Position numbers and translations under genes: made by a program. Shown piece after piece: positions 39,101 through 52,300 of a stretch of 64,000 nt of DNA. The notes under the pieces were generated by a model, which saw only the letters and a program-made list of their open reading frames with translations, did no database searches and had not been told where the DNA came from. Source of the DNA: Ophelia neglecta. Taxonomy: Eukaryota. The stretch is from the NCBI GenBank assembly GCA_965285935.1, contig OZ260662.1:25234001-25298000 (forward strand), in the 5' to 3' direction. Every line of letters starts with the position of its first letter. Position 1 is the stretch's first letter.

Positions 39101-41281
39101 CATAACCGGCTCATAGGTTCAAATTGCGATTGACAGAACAAAATATAGTAAAAGTGGCGGAGCAGATTCAATTGTATATGAACATGAAAAATTCGGCCGC
39201 CGCTTTCTACTGGCAAAATTGGCAAAGCTTTACAACGCTATGTACGATATTTGTCAAGTGTCAAAGGACATGAAGCAGGGAGTTATTATACCGCTTCATA
39301 AAGATGCAAATAAACGATCGCAAAAATTACGGGGGGATTTCCCTACTTCCCGTCTTTTATGAGGTGTGGGAACGCATAATCCTTCGACGATGGGACAACT
39401 GGTTGCTTACTCCAGTAGGCCGCAGCCTGAACTTCCCCGATGAAGTCCAAAACGGCTTTAGAAAAGGGAGGAGTTCCCTTATGTCTTCATTCATCGTCCA
39501 AGAATCCATTCACTGGGCTAACGAGCGGGGCTCGACAATTCATTTGTGCCTTTTGGACAGCGCCACGGCTTTTGACTGCGTCTGGTCCAACGGCATGTTG
39601 GTGAAACTCCACGACATTGGGATTTGTTGACGACTGTGGCTGTTACTCCTCAAAGCCTACACAGACATGTGGGCAGTAGTGTTGTACGATGGCGCATTTT
39701 CAGAACAATTCGCAATACGCCAGTCCGTTAGGCAGGGTACTGTTCAAGGACCCCAGTTATACAGTGCGTTTATTGACGAGCTACCAAAATCAATAAAGGA
39801 AACTGGAAATGGCGTCTTTATTAACGGCTTGTTCTGCGGCGCAATCCTACAGACGGACGACACTGCGTTGATCTCCCTTACTCCTCGCGCTCTACAGAGG
39901 ATGCTGGATATGTGTTATGACAATAGTAAACTCTGGCGATTCAAATTCAATGCTTCCAAAACTAAAATACTAGTGTTCGAACCGAAGCCTCGTCGATCAG
40001 ACCACCCTCATAACCTAGTCTGGAAAATGGGAGATTCCCTTATCCGACCTGTAAGGGAGCCGACGCACGTCGGGATTAAGATGTGTTCGCGTACGTCCGA
40101 CGACCGCGCAAAAACTGCCGCTAACGCCCCAAGCTCTCAAGTGGCTGGTCTGGTGGGAATTGGTAACCACCCGGAAGGTCTCACTCCATTAACCTCTATA
40201 AAGTTATACCGATCCGTCGTCCTTCCCAAGGCTCTCTACGGCAGTGAACTCTGGTCGTGTGTTTCAAGGAAAGAATCGGTCATTCTCGAAACTGCTCGTT
40301 GCCACTCAGCTAAGGTAACTTCACTTGTGGGCATGAGTAGTATAGCAGTCGAGGTTGACAGGAGAGGCCTTCAGTTTCTGGCCACCATATTACGACTACC
40401 ACCGCTTGCTCTGCCTTCGCGTCTGCTCAGGCTACGTATACATCATTTTGCACTCAAGGTTACTGGAAGTCACAGAGGTTACTGCTCTGAACTGCTGCCA
40501 CTTCTAGACAGAATAAACCTAATGGACAAGCTGGTTGTTTATCTTGAGCAAGGGGTTTGGTGCGGTCGTTCTACGTGGAATATCGCGGTTAGAGAGCATC
40601 TAGCTGACTATGTCCAGGCAGAGACACTTTGCACAATGCTCGGTAACCCGGAATTACATAGCCTTCCGTGCTTTACATCCGTTTATCCTCGAGCCGTGTG
40701 AGATTTGGAAGGTAGCAAAAACGTCTTGTGGACTCCAACCACACTTTGCTTTCCTCGTGAAACTGGCCACAAGGAATACCGTTTTTGTCCGCAGTTGCCC
40801 TTACTGTGTCTCCTCTTACCGCGATTGCGCTCTCCATCTCATATGTGAATGCCAGCATTTCTCTACAAGGAGAGATGTCTACTGGGAGGAACTCATCGAC
40901 AAATTCCATCCATTGATCTCAACTAAACTTTTTATGATGAACGATGAGGATTTTATTAGTGAGTTTTTCAGTGGTATTTTCTGAAATTGACAGGCATGAA
41001 TTCTTTAAAGTTGGTGCAAAGTGTTGGTATGCACTTAGGAACTATGTTACGAATGACATTTTATACAATTACAGCAAAACCTAGATGTGTATAGTATTTA
41101 TGACAAGAGCTCTCCCAATACATTGGTCAAATACCATAGAAACTCAGTCGAGTATAGTTGCCATGCGTTAACTCACTTCTATATCTACTATATATATTCG
41201 TTTATAAACACTATTGTTTGATATGTTTTGATATATGTACTTTCCGTTAATGTGGAGGAATAAAACATAACAACAACAACA
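36190..41281 (+). mobile_element. Near full-length inactivated non-LTR retrotransposon (RTE-X-like): ORF1 plus APE endonuclease-RT ORF2, (CAA)n tail
   Basis: ORF1 remnants ~36200-37628 (coiled-coil-like segment, FWPGSAYCRLW). ORF2 from ATG 37612: AYNCQGL, FLSEHWL, MGDFN, LIDHI, SDHLPV (APE); NYGGISLL, QNGFRKG, LDSATAFD, VRQG, LQTDD (RT); CPYC...HLICEC. Many stops and frameshifts. AATAAA at 41259 then CAA repeats. Clade assignment is by motif recall only. Confidence 0.93.
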
Positions 41282-41504
41282 CCTGGACATATCTAAACAG
41301 GTACAACTTCGCTCCATAGAAATAATACATAGTAGCCTTATCAACAAATGCAGACTGTTAAGCACACATGCCCAGATAAACCATCACCAATTCACGCAAT
41401 TGTGCTAACATTCCCAGTGTCTGGAGACGCAATAAAAACAATTAACCCTGCCTATGCACACAGATACCCTGTTTGAACAAATCGCAATCAGTCAGAGAAA
41501 GTGC

Positions 41505-41670
41505 CACAAAGTATTTGAAAACTATCTGAAGTCTATTTGAAATGAATTCGATTTTTTCAAATACATTACACATGTATTTAAATGAAATGCAAGTAGTTCA
41601 CTTTCTCGAATCTAAATGCAAATAGTTTTCAAAAGTATTTAAATGCATTTAAATCAAATGCATTTGCATA
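41505..41670. repeat. Degenerate GTATTTGAAA/CAAATAC-type subrepeat patch, possible DNA-transposon remnant
   Basis: Several direct and inverted TATTT(G/A)AA units; no termini defined. Confidence 0.35.
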
Positions 41671-41866
41671 TATTTTTGTAGCTCACCGTAAATTTGGGTT
41701 TTCAAAGAGCGCAAGGGAGTCCTACATCTGACAAACTGACAGTAGTGTACTATGATATACATATATACTTACCAAGTGGACTATTTTATTATATTTTATT
41801 AAGTAAATACACAAATTACAAAAAAATGAGGATTAGGCATCGTTTAAGACAGTCAATAATCTCAGT

Positions 41867-41965
41867 ATTGGCCATTAACTGGATCCTCGGTAGCTATTTA
41901 ATTTACTCAGGGACGAGCGGCCCTGTGAAATCACTACCCTTCCTACCATCCAGTGAATGACCAAT
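41867..41965 (-). promoter_or_regulatory. Long stem-loop downstream of the copy C stop (putative 3' UTR); homologues at 49198-49303 and 58677-58769
   Basis: ATTGGCCATTAACTGGAT...ATCCAGTGAATGACCAAT inverted repeat with inner helices; the structure is visible, the function is unknown. Confidence 0.55.
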
Positions 41966-42262
41966 CCGACGGCCAATCACTATTTCCTATTAAGGCGCAC
42001 CTAATTAGTATCTACACGTACTGTTGACCACATAACAACTGAACAGTATTATCCAATCTGCGGTTCTACATTTATTGGCACTACTCTATGGAAGCTGTCA
42101 CATATATTATGCAGTCAACTGTCTACCAGGTGACACATATGCCAGTTGGGAAATTTGGACGGTTTACGCAATCAATCGGTTTTAAACACATTTGGTTATT
42201 CAGTTATTTTCGATGAGAAGAGTTGGGCGGGGGAAAGGATCTTTCAGTAAAACTTCAAATAT

Positions 42263-45200
42263 TCATAATTTTGTGGTGAACACAGGGTGTATACTCTTAG
42301 TTGGCAGGCTGAAGCATCGTATAGTGTTAGTAGTTTTCTGATATTGTTTGTAGGATACTTCGATGTAGATAGGGAGCATTAATGTGAGAACAACCAACAT
42401 TAACATAGCTCCGTTTACCTGTAACATAAAAGGTATTGAATATTAATGGACACTAGTCGTCTGACTAGCCACTGGATGTATCCTGTAGATTTAGCATTCA
42501 GACGGTGTAATGAGAGAGTTCACAGTTATAATATGTATACCACTAAATATCGTTTTTATATATTAGGCAGCAAATTAATATTTTAACATTGCGTTTCTGA
42601 ATATGATACCCGTATTGTAATTAACTTAAGTGTTGGCCTAATTTTCAAACAATTATTTTCTAAATTTTACTTACCATCAGGAAATTGTGTGATGCTTTAG
42701 CCCATATATAGAAGGCATGCTGCAAAGACCCAATGGCGGCGGCCATAAGATACATAAAACCGAGACACTTCCCATATACAGCGGAGGGAAAACTAGAGGA
42801 TAAAACGAAATCAACACACAGAAAACCCTCACACGTAGTTAGTACTTTAATTAACTAGTATGCTAACAGTGTGGCTAGATTGCAGCTTAAGGCAGGTATG
42901 GACATAATATGGGTTTTCGGTCAGATATCCTTCTTATTATAGAAGCCTTGGAATCGAATTTGACGAGAGAAGTAAACTAATTTTGACTTTTGCCCAATAT
43001 ATAAATGGACAAATCGTTTCTAGACATTATATATTTTGAACGAACCATTGTTACTTTCCAACAGCCAACCTTCTTTTATTGGATTTAACACAAAAACATT
43101 GAGCTTACACGAGACTTGCGTAAACAAACCCGCTTCCAAACAGGACGGATCGCATTAATTGAAGAAGAACCAAAGTCACATAGACCATGACGTCATTAAA
43201 GAAGAATGCGGAAACTGAGAGCGCAATTCCTAGTGCCGATCCAAGGCAGAGACTTGGTGATACTGCTTTAGCCATTGTCAGGAACGGAGTATTGCTTTCC
43301 TTACCTTAGTTATAGAATAGAAAAAGTAACTAAACTGACTAAAATTATTAATTTCGGTTAGTTATACCTTGCCAAAGCTACGTGAAATACTGTTAAGGAT
43401 TTGGGGCAGATTATTTAATAATAAAAACATTACAAAATACGTCAGCAAAATAAGAGTTAAATACATTACTGTTCGTCCAATGTTTATTAGCATTCTATGT
43501 AGTAAACATTTCGATGTCGAATATGGTTCAATAGGATGGGGTATTTTGAATATTATATATATATATTATATATTGCTATTGGTACTCACATATGCCTCGT
43601 TTAACAAACATATCAGTCATTATTCCTGATACAGGGGCCGCTAGAAGACTGCCGAACGTTATATAAGTAAACGCATTTACGTAAGAATCCACTAGAAATG
43701 CAAGAGATCCATACAGAAAATTATACAAAGGCACTATAAAGGTAATTGTTATTATGCTAGTGGAACCAAGCTTGTTTATTTTCATAGTAATTTATTATAT
43801 AATGGTAGATTAACGTGCCCACTAAGCTAGACTGGTGCCCCCTATAGTCTAAAGTTGACATCAGCAAGATGTCATATATATATACCGCCTTCAAAACAAC
43901 ATATGTGCTGGTATTACTGATAATGATGGATGAACTATAAGGGGTTTCACGCTGGATACCTTTATGCCTCCTCGCCCTTGCTTTCAGTATCAAACCCCAT
44001 TAAAGACCATCTTCAAAAAAAACAGGTACTTGCATATAGTAGTGGGCATAGTCACGTGTTAAACTATCTGTGAATTCAATGCCACCACATACACATCGTG
44101 CTCCTAACCCTAGTTTATTTTAGTATTAAACCAATACTTCGCTGTTCTAGAAACACGAAGCAAAAATAATTGTCTTTAATACCTTGAGACCAGTATTAAA
44201 CATATTTTGCCCCGCGCAAGCCTTATTCGCATTGAATATGTCCACTGTCTCTATGGGTTGTTGAGATAAATACCAGGTACCTCTTTGTACATCGTTGTCT
44301 GTATTGACAGAAAGCCACGTATTCATACTACCAACGAAGAAAAAGTATCGAAGTTGAAGCAGAGAAAACCAGGCTGCCATTAACCACAAATATGGCGTCC
44401 GTAAACACGTCACAAAAGTCACTTCGTCAACAGGCTCAAGACCGAAGATACGATTCGTAGTAAGTTTATATGCTGCAACAGTATAAGTCAAATGTGTTGT
44501 TTCTTAGAAAACAATTTACGAGTACTTAGTCCTTCAATATTGTAATATCGTATTTGTAATAAAAGAATCCTAAACATTAAACTAGACTATATGCCCTAGA
44601 AGGGCTGGATACTAGTATGATATAACATATAACATACTTATATTATTGCCTATATGACAGTATGAAAAATAAAATATTCTAATGATATATTTCGAAAATG
44701 GTTCGGCTTACATTTGCTTCCTTTATCGGGCTCCAATCCGCCCGTACTGTTGTTTTGTTTATTTTTCTCGTCGACGTTTTCCTGAAGTGATATTTTATAG
44801 CGAGGACAGCAGACGAAGGTGTTGACACTCACAATGAGCCAGGCTCCTGCCAAAAAAACCAAGGACGCTCGATGAGTGACACCGTGATTTTCATAAATCA
44901 GCTGTAAAAATCAGTGTAAAATCACACCAAAGAATTAAGAGAAGATTTGCTGTGTATTTTCATTGGAAAAGTACGGTTTAAATTGACTCGCAATAAACCT
45001 TTAAAGAATATTCAAAACATACTATAGTATATCCAAAAAATATATATACCTTCACAGCAAGAAACATAACAGTGCCGGCACCGATTCCGCCATTGTAAAT
45101 GGCTGTCACGGTCGCTTTCCAAGACTGTGCCGCCAGAGGCAACTAAAATTATTGATAGTTTTATACGCAAACGGATGATGGTGATAATAAAGTTTTCATC

Positions 45201-46939
45201 ACGAATGTTATGGTATTCTCTTTTGTATGTCGAGATGGGTTTCTTTGTTTCTATTAGTATGGTTTTAATACATTCTAGAAGTAAGTTATTTTGGAAAGGA
45301 TCTATGTATTCTGGTTTGTTCCCGAAAGATATTGCATGCAAATTTATATATAATATAAATTCACGGAAGGACGCGTTCAATAAGCAATAAAATAAATAGT
45401 CGGAAAGGGTTTCGTCTTTAACGCCGCATCGGCTTAGGGGAGAGACGATTATAATCAATTAACAGTTTGGCTAATTGGGGGATACGTTATTACATCGGCA
45501 TCTTGATGCATGGAAGAACAAGATTTAAGAATAGTTTACATTAATCTCCTCCAGCCAGGAGAGCGAGGTTTCTTGCAAGTAAACACCGACGAAGGTGTGA
45601 AAGGTAATAAAAACACCGTAGCACGGAGATGTTTCGTTGTTTTACACCGAGACATGTATTTGCTATCAAAACTGGTTCTGCCTCGGATTTGTAATAAATA
45701 AACAGTATGACCGTCCCCTATGCCTTCTGGGTCCTTGAGAATTGGAGACATGTAGCCAGGAAGTATTCAGATGAAGAAATAACATCATTTTTATAGTATG
45801 ACACACGGGAGCTTGGTGATCATATCATATTAATTCAATTTAGTAAGGCTCATTTGTAAATTTCAGTATTTTTACTCACATGGCAAGCAGTAACGATGAT
45901 GTGCATTCCAGCGATCGATACCATCAACAGTCCGGGAAGTATCAAATAGGAAAAGACTGAAAAACAATTCAGTTTGTAAGAAAGCAGAATTATAAGTTTT
46001 AAATCAGAGCATATAATGCCGATTTCAGTCCATCTGCTACTTTAATTTAGACATTTCATTTATGTTCTTCCCAACTTTAATGCATAGTTATTGTAAATAT
46101 GGCTTTTATTTATTTATAAAAGTGTGTATGGGTTCTGTTCTTAATTGAACAAGCAGGTTCGCTTATTATCCTTTATAAAGTCAAACTTACTCCCTTCTTG
46201 TGCAAACACCAACATCAATATCCCAGGAATAAAGAAGGCACTGTAATTATTTGAAGAGAATTTGATATAGAGATAAGGTAGAGTTCGTTTTATTAGGCGT
46301 TTTAAAAGGGAAAAAAATATTGACAAACATGACAGTGATTATGCAACAACGGTGAACAGGGATCGATACTGAATATAAAGAGGCAAAATGAAAATAGCAT
46401 TGACGGTTTTGGAGCTCATTTCAATTATAACCAGTGCTCTGCTCGGAAAAAATAGATACCGAACAAATAAGTTTTTTATACAGTGAAAAAATAAAAAAGC
46501 ACAAGTATTTATAATCGATTGAAACTCGACTGAGATGCTTAACCATTATAATTTTAGAGCAAACAATTTTGTACTTTCACATTCCAGCAACACGATTATG
46601 AGACAAGATCACTTACGTTGCGGATGCTCTGGTTATCCAGAATCCGTATCGGTCAAAGATCAACCCAATAGGGAAGGAACTTGCTTGAAATGCGGCGCTG
46701 GATAGGCTGAAGCATAAACTGAACATTCTGTCTGCCTCAGCGCACAAAACGTCGGCCGACTCAGTTCCGTTATTCAGTTCAACTCTCGTCGAGTTCTGAC
46801 ACAGATGAGAGAAAACACCGGCTTTCTGGTAAACCAACACCATGTTTGGCCACCCGACAAAGATGGCGCCGAACGAAACACATTCTACAAATCCCAAAAC
46901 TAAGGAGGCGATGACTTTTTCTAGGTTCCTGGTGGCCAT
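42263..46939 (-). CDS. SLC43A3: SLC43A3/ENBT1-like MFS transporter, copy C (10 coding exons, 498 aa, intact)
   Basis: Exons: 46939-46617, 46240-46191, 45956-45880, 45142-45050, 44901-44712, 44472-44281, 43691-43590, 43304-43109, 42792-42675, 42418-42263 (1497 nt, GT-AG, in phase). MATRNLEKVIASLVLGFVECVSFGAIFVGWPN...FTTKL*. Confidence 0.92.
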
Positions 46940-47779
46940 TTTCGTTGATTAATATAATGGTACATTGGTTTTTTGTTTTTGGAAGCGATCTGAAATGAAT
47001 GATAGGGCTTAGCTATATAAAAGTATGGAGAAAATCATTCCTGAGAATTTCCTGTTGATTCGTGGTATTCATTTACCAAATGTGTAGCAAGTGGTTCATG
47101 CATGTCAGTTTTATCTAAAGGCAAGGCAATATATTTCACCACGTATATATGTATGCGCCAACCTCTTCCGGTGTTCATTTTAAATATGTTTACTTTTATT
47201 TCCAGACTAGCTGAATAATGGGATATTGTCATTTTGTAAATAAAACTAAATTATTCCTACCGGAATTAACTGTTTTGATCAATTAAGTATCTCTAGAATG
47301 GCTAATACTTTACTTATTTAATCGTTAAGCGAAATTCGTCATAAGTAAGACTTAACATATTCAAAAAGTATATAGTTGGAAATTTTTGCCACATGTAGAG
47401 GAAAATATATATGTAGTATTAAAGGTCGATGCGTTGGTTCGCGGTTCGTAACGTGGCCGACGTTATCAGTGAATGGATTCTACCTGTTATTTAATTACAG
47501 AGACTTAATACATATAGTCGACTTCGCTATAAGAAAACAAAAAGGAACATTACCATTAAACAGTGTTTTTCCCCCTAAATGGTGCCAATACTTAAGGTAA
47601 ATATACACCTTCACCCGCGGAATCCTCCAGAGCCTAGTGTATGTGTAGTCAGGTGAATAGAAACGACGCAACTAAAGAGAGAGAGGGAGAGAGGAAGCGA
47701 GACTGACTTCTGGCCTAGTCATGCATTCATGATATTAAAATCCTAACGAAATATGCTTAACTGCACACAGCACATACTC

Positions 47780-48050
47780 TGCAAGAACTGGGGCAATGCG
47801 ATTCATTGACATTCAATGGAAAACAGTAACATTCTGTTTGGCTCTAAAAGGAAATTGTCAAAATATGCACAACTAAATATTATATGTAAAGGTCAATGTT
47901 TGACGTTTAAAAACAGTGTTAAATATTTTGGTGCCAAGTTGGATGATCGGATGAGTGGTACATACATGGCCGACACTGTCATAAAACGTGTCAATATGAG
48001 ACTTTTTCATACAGAAAGAAAGGATATTTGTTTGGTACCAATCAAATATC
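47780..48050 (+). mobile_element. Old L2/Crack-like LINE fragment upstream of copy C
   Basis: NILFGSKRKLSKYAQLNIICKGQCLTFKNSVKYFGAKLDDRMSG, homologous to the 31085-31267 fragment. Confidence 0.75.
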
Positions 48051-49367
48051 TCCAGATTGGCTAATATTCTAGTTATTCAACGGTTAAGCGAAATTCGTCA
48101 TAAAAAGACTTAATATATTCAAGAAACATATGATTGGTAATGTTTTACTATTATAAAACGTGTCACTTTGAGTTTATTTGTTTGATACTGTGAGACACAT
48201 TATCTGTGGCGTCCTAATTCAACCTCATTTTTGAATATTCGTTTGGAGCTAATAGAAAGTCCAAAGTCATGTTAAATATGCCCCGAATTAGATGTATCGG
48301 TGACCTTGGGCCAATGTCTTTTAATGTCTTTTGTTTAAGTGCATTTCTGGTAAAACTCCTGAGTACTGGTGTAATCAACCTATGGTTTATCATTCGTACT
48401 GCAATTATGGTAGTCCGCATTATGTCGTTTTGCCTAAGATTGGCCCTTTTGGTCAGTCTACCTTTTACTAGGTTGATGCCAAACTATAGAATAGTTTGCT
48501 CAAAAAAAACCCGATAAGATGATATATACCAACAATGTGTCAGGTTTCATATTCATATAAAAGATGTACAAGTTAAGTAACAATACAGTAATATCTAAGC
48601 TATAGGATGACACTATATAAATATGATGTAAATAATTTTTTGAAGGATGATTTAGTTATTAAATCTCGACTGGCTGTCTTACTGACAAAAAAACCAAAGC
48701 AACTAGTTCCTACAAGGTACAGTTGAGTCTTTGTACATATTACTTATAAACATTTAAATTAACTCAATGATTATGAATACATACATTTTGTAGCTCACCA
48801 TAAATTGGGGGTTTTTCAGCACCTGACAAACTGACACTAGGGTTCCATGGTGTATATATATCATTATGCTTACTGGTAATATATATATAGTACGTTGTTG
48901 TATCATTTGCTGCAGTCTATACAAGCCTGGTGTACAAGTGTATTGAACTGTATTCGCTTTAAGCTTGATGTATGCCGTTAAATTCGATGCATTCACAATA
49001 AAAAAAAAGTGAATCACTGCTTCAATCACTTATGTCGGAGTGCTTTGCTCAAAACGTCAAGTGTCACCAGAAAAAGTTCAAATTGCCCAGACGCCTGATT
49101 ACAAACCAAGTGAACTATTTTTCTTTCTTATCATCAATTTTATTGAAATAAATTCAAAATTGAGGTTTAACCAATATTTAATACAATGAATAGGCTCAGT
49201 ATTGGCCATTAACTGGATCCTCGGTAGACATATAATTTACTCGGGGTGTTGCGGCACCTCGCAAAACACTATGCTACCTCCCATCCAGTTAATGACCAAT
49301 ACTTTGGGAAGCTCTTTTAGTATTTATAACTACTGTAGACCACATAACATGCGGTGGGGATGATCTT

Positions 49368-52300
49368 TCACAATTTTGTGGTGAACTCAGGATGTATACT
49401 TTTAGTTGGTAGGCTAAAGCTCCGAATTTTGTAAGTGGTTTTGTGATATCGTTTGTAGGATACTTCGATGTAGATAGGGAGCATTGATGTGAGACAAACC
49501 AAGATTAACATAACTCCGTTTACCTGAAACATAAAAGTATTGAATATATATATACACTAGTCGCCTGACTAGCCACTGGATGTATCCTATAGATTTAGCA
49601 TTCAGACGGTGTAATGAGAGTGTTCACAGTTATAAAATGTATTTCACTGAAGATTCGTTTTTATATATTTAGCAGCAAATTAATATTTTAACATTGCGTT
49701 TCTGAACATGATTCACATACTCTGATTAACTTTAACGGTGGCCTATTTTTCAAACAATTATTTTCTAATTTTACTTACCATCAGGAAATTGTGTGATGAT
49801 TCAGCCCATATATAGAAGGCATGCTGCAAAGACGCAATGGCGGCGGCCATAAGATACATAAAACCGAGACACTTCCCATATACAGCGGAGGGAAAACTAG
49901 AGGATAAAACGAAATCCACATACAGAAAACCTCCACACGTGGTTAGTACTCTAATTAACTATTATGGTAACAGTATGGCTAGCTTGCATCTTAAGGATGA
50001 TATGGACATCTAATCGATGCGACTTGGATCGATAATCTGGGTTTTGGGTCGGATATCCTTCTTATTATAGAAGTTTTGGAATACAATTTGACGAAAGAAG
50101 TAAACTAACTTTGATTTTGCCCAATATTTAAATGGCCAAATCGTTTCTAGACATTATATACTTTGACCGAACCATTGTTACTTTCCATCAGCCAACTGTC
50201 TTTTATTGGATTTAACCCAAAAACATCGAGCTTACACGAGATTTGCGTAAACAATCACGTTTCCAAAGAGGACAGATCGCATTAATTGAAGAAGCACCAA
50301 AGTCACATAGACCATGACGTCACTAAAGAAGAATGTGGACACTGAGAGCGCAATTCCTAGTACCGATCCAAGGCAGAGCTTGGTGATACTGCTTTTGCCA
50401 TTGTCAGGAAAGGAATATTGCTTTCATTACCTTAGTGATAGAAAAGTAAATGTAACGAAACTGACTGGAATAATTTAATTTTTCGGCTTAGGTAGATTAT
50501 TTAATAATAAAACCATTACAAAATACGTCAGCAAAATAAGAGTTATATACACCACTGTTCGTCCAAAGATTATTAGCATTATTCGAACTAACATTTCGAT
50601 GTTGAATATGGTTCAATAGGATGGGGGATTTAGAATATGATTTATATATTATATATTGCTATTGGTACCCACATATGCTTCGTTTAACAGATATATCAGT
50701 CATTATTCCTGATACAGGTGCCGTTAGAAGACTGCCGAACGTTATATAAGTAAACGCATTTACGTAAGAATCCACTAGAAATGCAAGATATCCATACAGA
50801 AAATTATACAAAGGCACTAAAAAGGCAATTGTTATAATGATAGTGGAACCAAGCTAGTTCACTTTCATAGTAATTTATTATATCATGGTGGATTAACGTG
50901 CCCACTAAGCTAGACTGGTGCACCCTATAGTCTAAAGTTGGCATCAGCAAGATGACTCTTGTCATATACACTGTATATTGACCGCCTTCAAAACATATGT
51001 GCTGGTATTACTGATATTGATGGATGAACTATAAGGGGTTTCACGGTGAATACCTTTATGCCTCCTCGCCCTTGCTTTCAGTTTCAAACCCCATTAAACA
51101 CCATCTTCAAAATAACCAGGTACTTGCATATTGTAATGGGCAAAGTGAAGTGTTAAACTATCCTTGGAATCAATGCCGCCTCATATACATCATGCTCCTA
51201 AACCTAGTTCATTTTAGTATTAAACCAATCCTTCGCTGTTGAGACCAGTATTAAACATATTTTGCCCCGTGCAAGCCTTATTCGCATTGATAATGTCCAC
51301 TGTCTTAATGGGTTGTTGAAATAAATACCAGGTACCTCTTTGTACATCATTGTCTGTATTGACAGAAAGCCACGTATTCATACTACCAACGAAGAAAAAG
51401 AATCGAAGTCGAAGCAGGGAAAACCAGACGACCATTAACCACAAATAGGGCGTCCGTAAACACGTCACAAAAGTCACTTCGTTAACAGGCTCAAGACCGA
51501 AAATTCGATTCGTAGTAAGTTTATATGCTGCAACAGTATAAGCCGAATCTCTTGTTTCTTAGAAAATGAAAAGTGCTAAGTCATTCAATGTTGTAATATC
51601 GTATTTGTAATAGAATAATCCTAAACATTCAACTAGACTATATGCGCTAGACGGGCTGGATACTAGTATCATATAACATATAACATACTTATATTATTGC
51701 CTATATGCCAGTATGATAAATAAAATTATCTAATGATATCTTTTGAAAATGGTTAGGCTTACTTTTGCTTCCTCTTTCGGGCTCCAATCCGCCAGTACTG
51801 TTGTTTTGTGTAGTTTTCTCGTCGACGATTTCCTGAAGTGATATTTTAAAGCGAGGACAGCAGACGAAGGTGTTGGCAATCACAATGAGCCAGGCTCCTG
51901 CCAAAAAAGCCAAGGACGCTCGATGAGTGACACCGTGATTTTCATAAATCAGCTGTAAAAATCAGTGTAAAATCACACAAAAGAATTAAGAGAAGGCTTG
52001 CTGTGTAATTTCATTGGAAAAGTACGGTTTAAATTGACTCGCAATAAACTTTTAAAGAATATTCAAAACATACTTTAGTCAATCTAATAAATATATTTAT
52101 ATCTTCACAGCAAGAAACATAACAGTACCGGCACCGATTCCGCCATTGTAAATGGTTGTCACGGTCGCTTTCCAAGACAGTGCCGCCAGAGGCAACTACA
52201 AATTATTGATAGTTTTATACGCAAACGGATGACGGTGATAAAAATGTTTTCAGTACGAATGTTTTGGTATTCGCTTTTGTGTGTCGTGATGGGTTTCTTT

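Noticed and set aside
41867-42265. SECIS / selenocysteine readthrough (UGA stops plus 3' hairpin)
   Set aside because: No conserved RUGA/GA quartet across copies, and the conserved TTKL end fits true termination.
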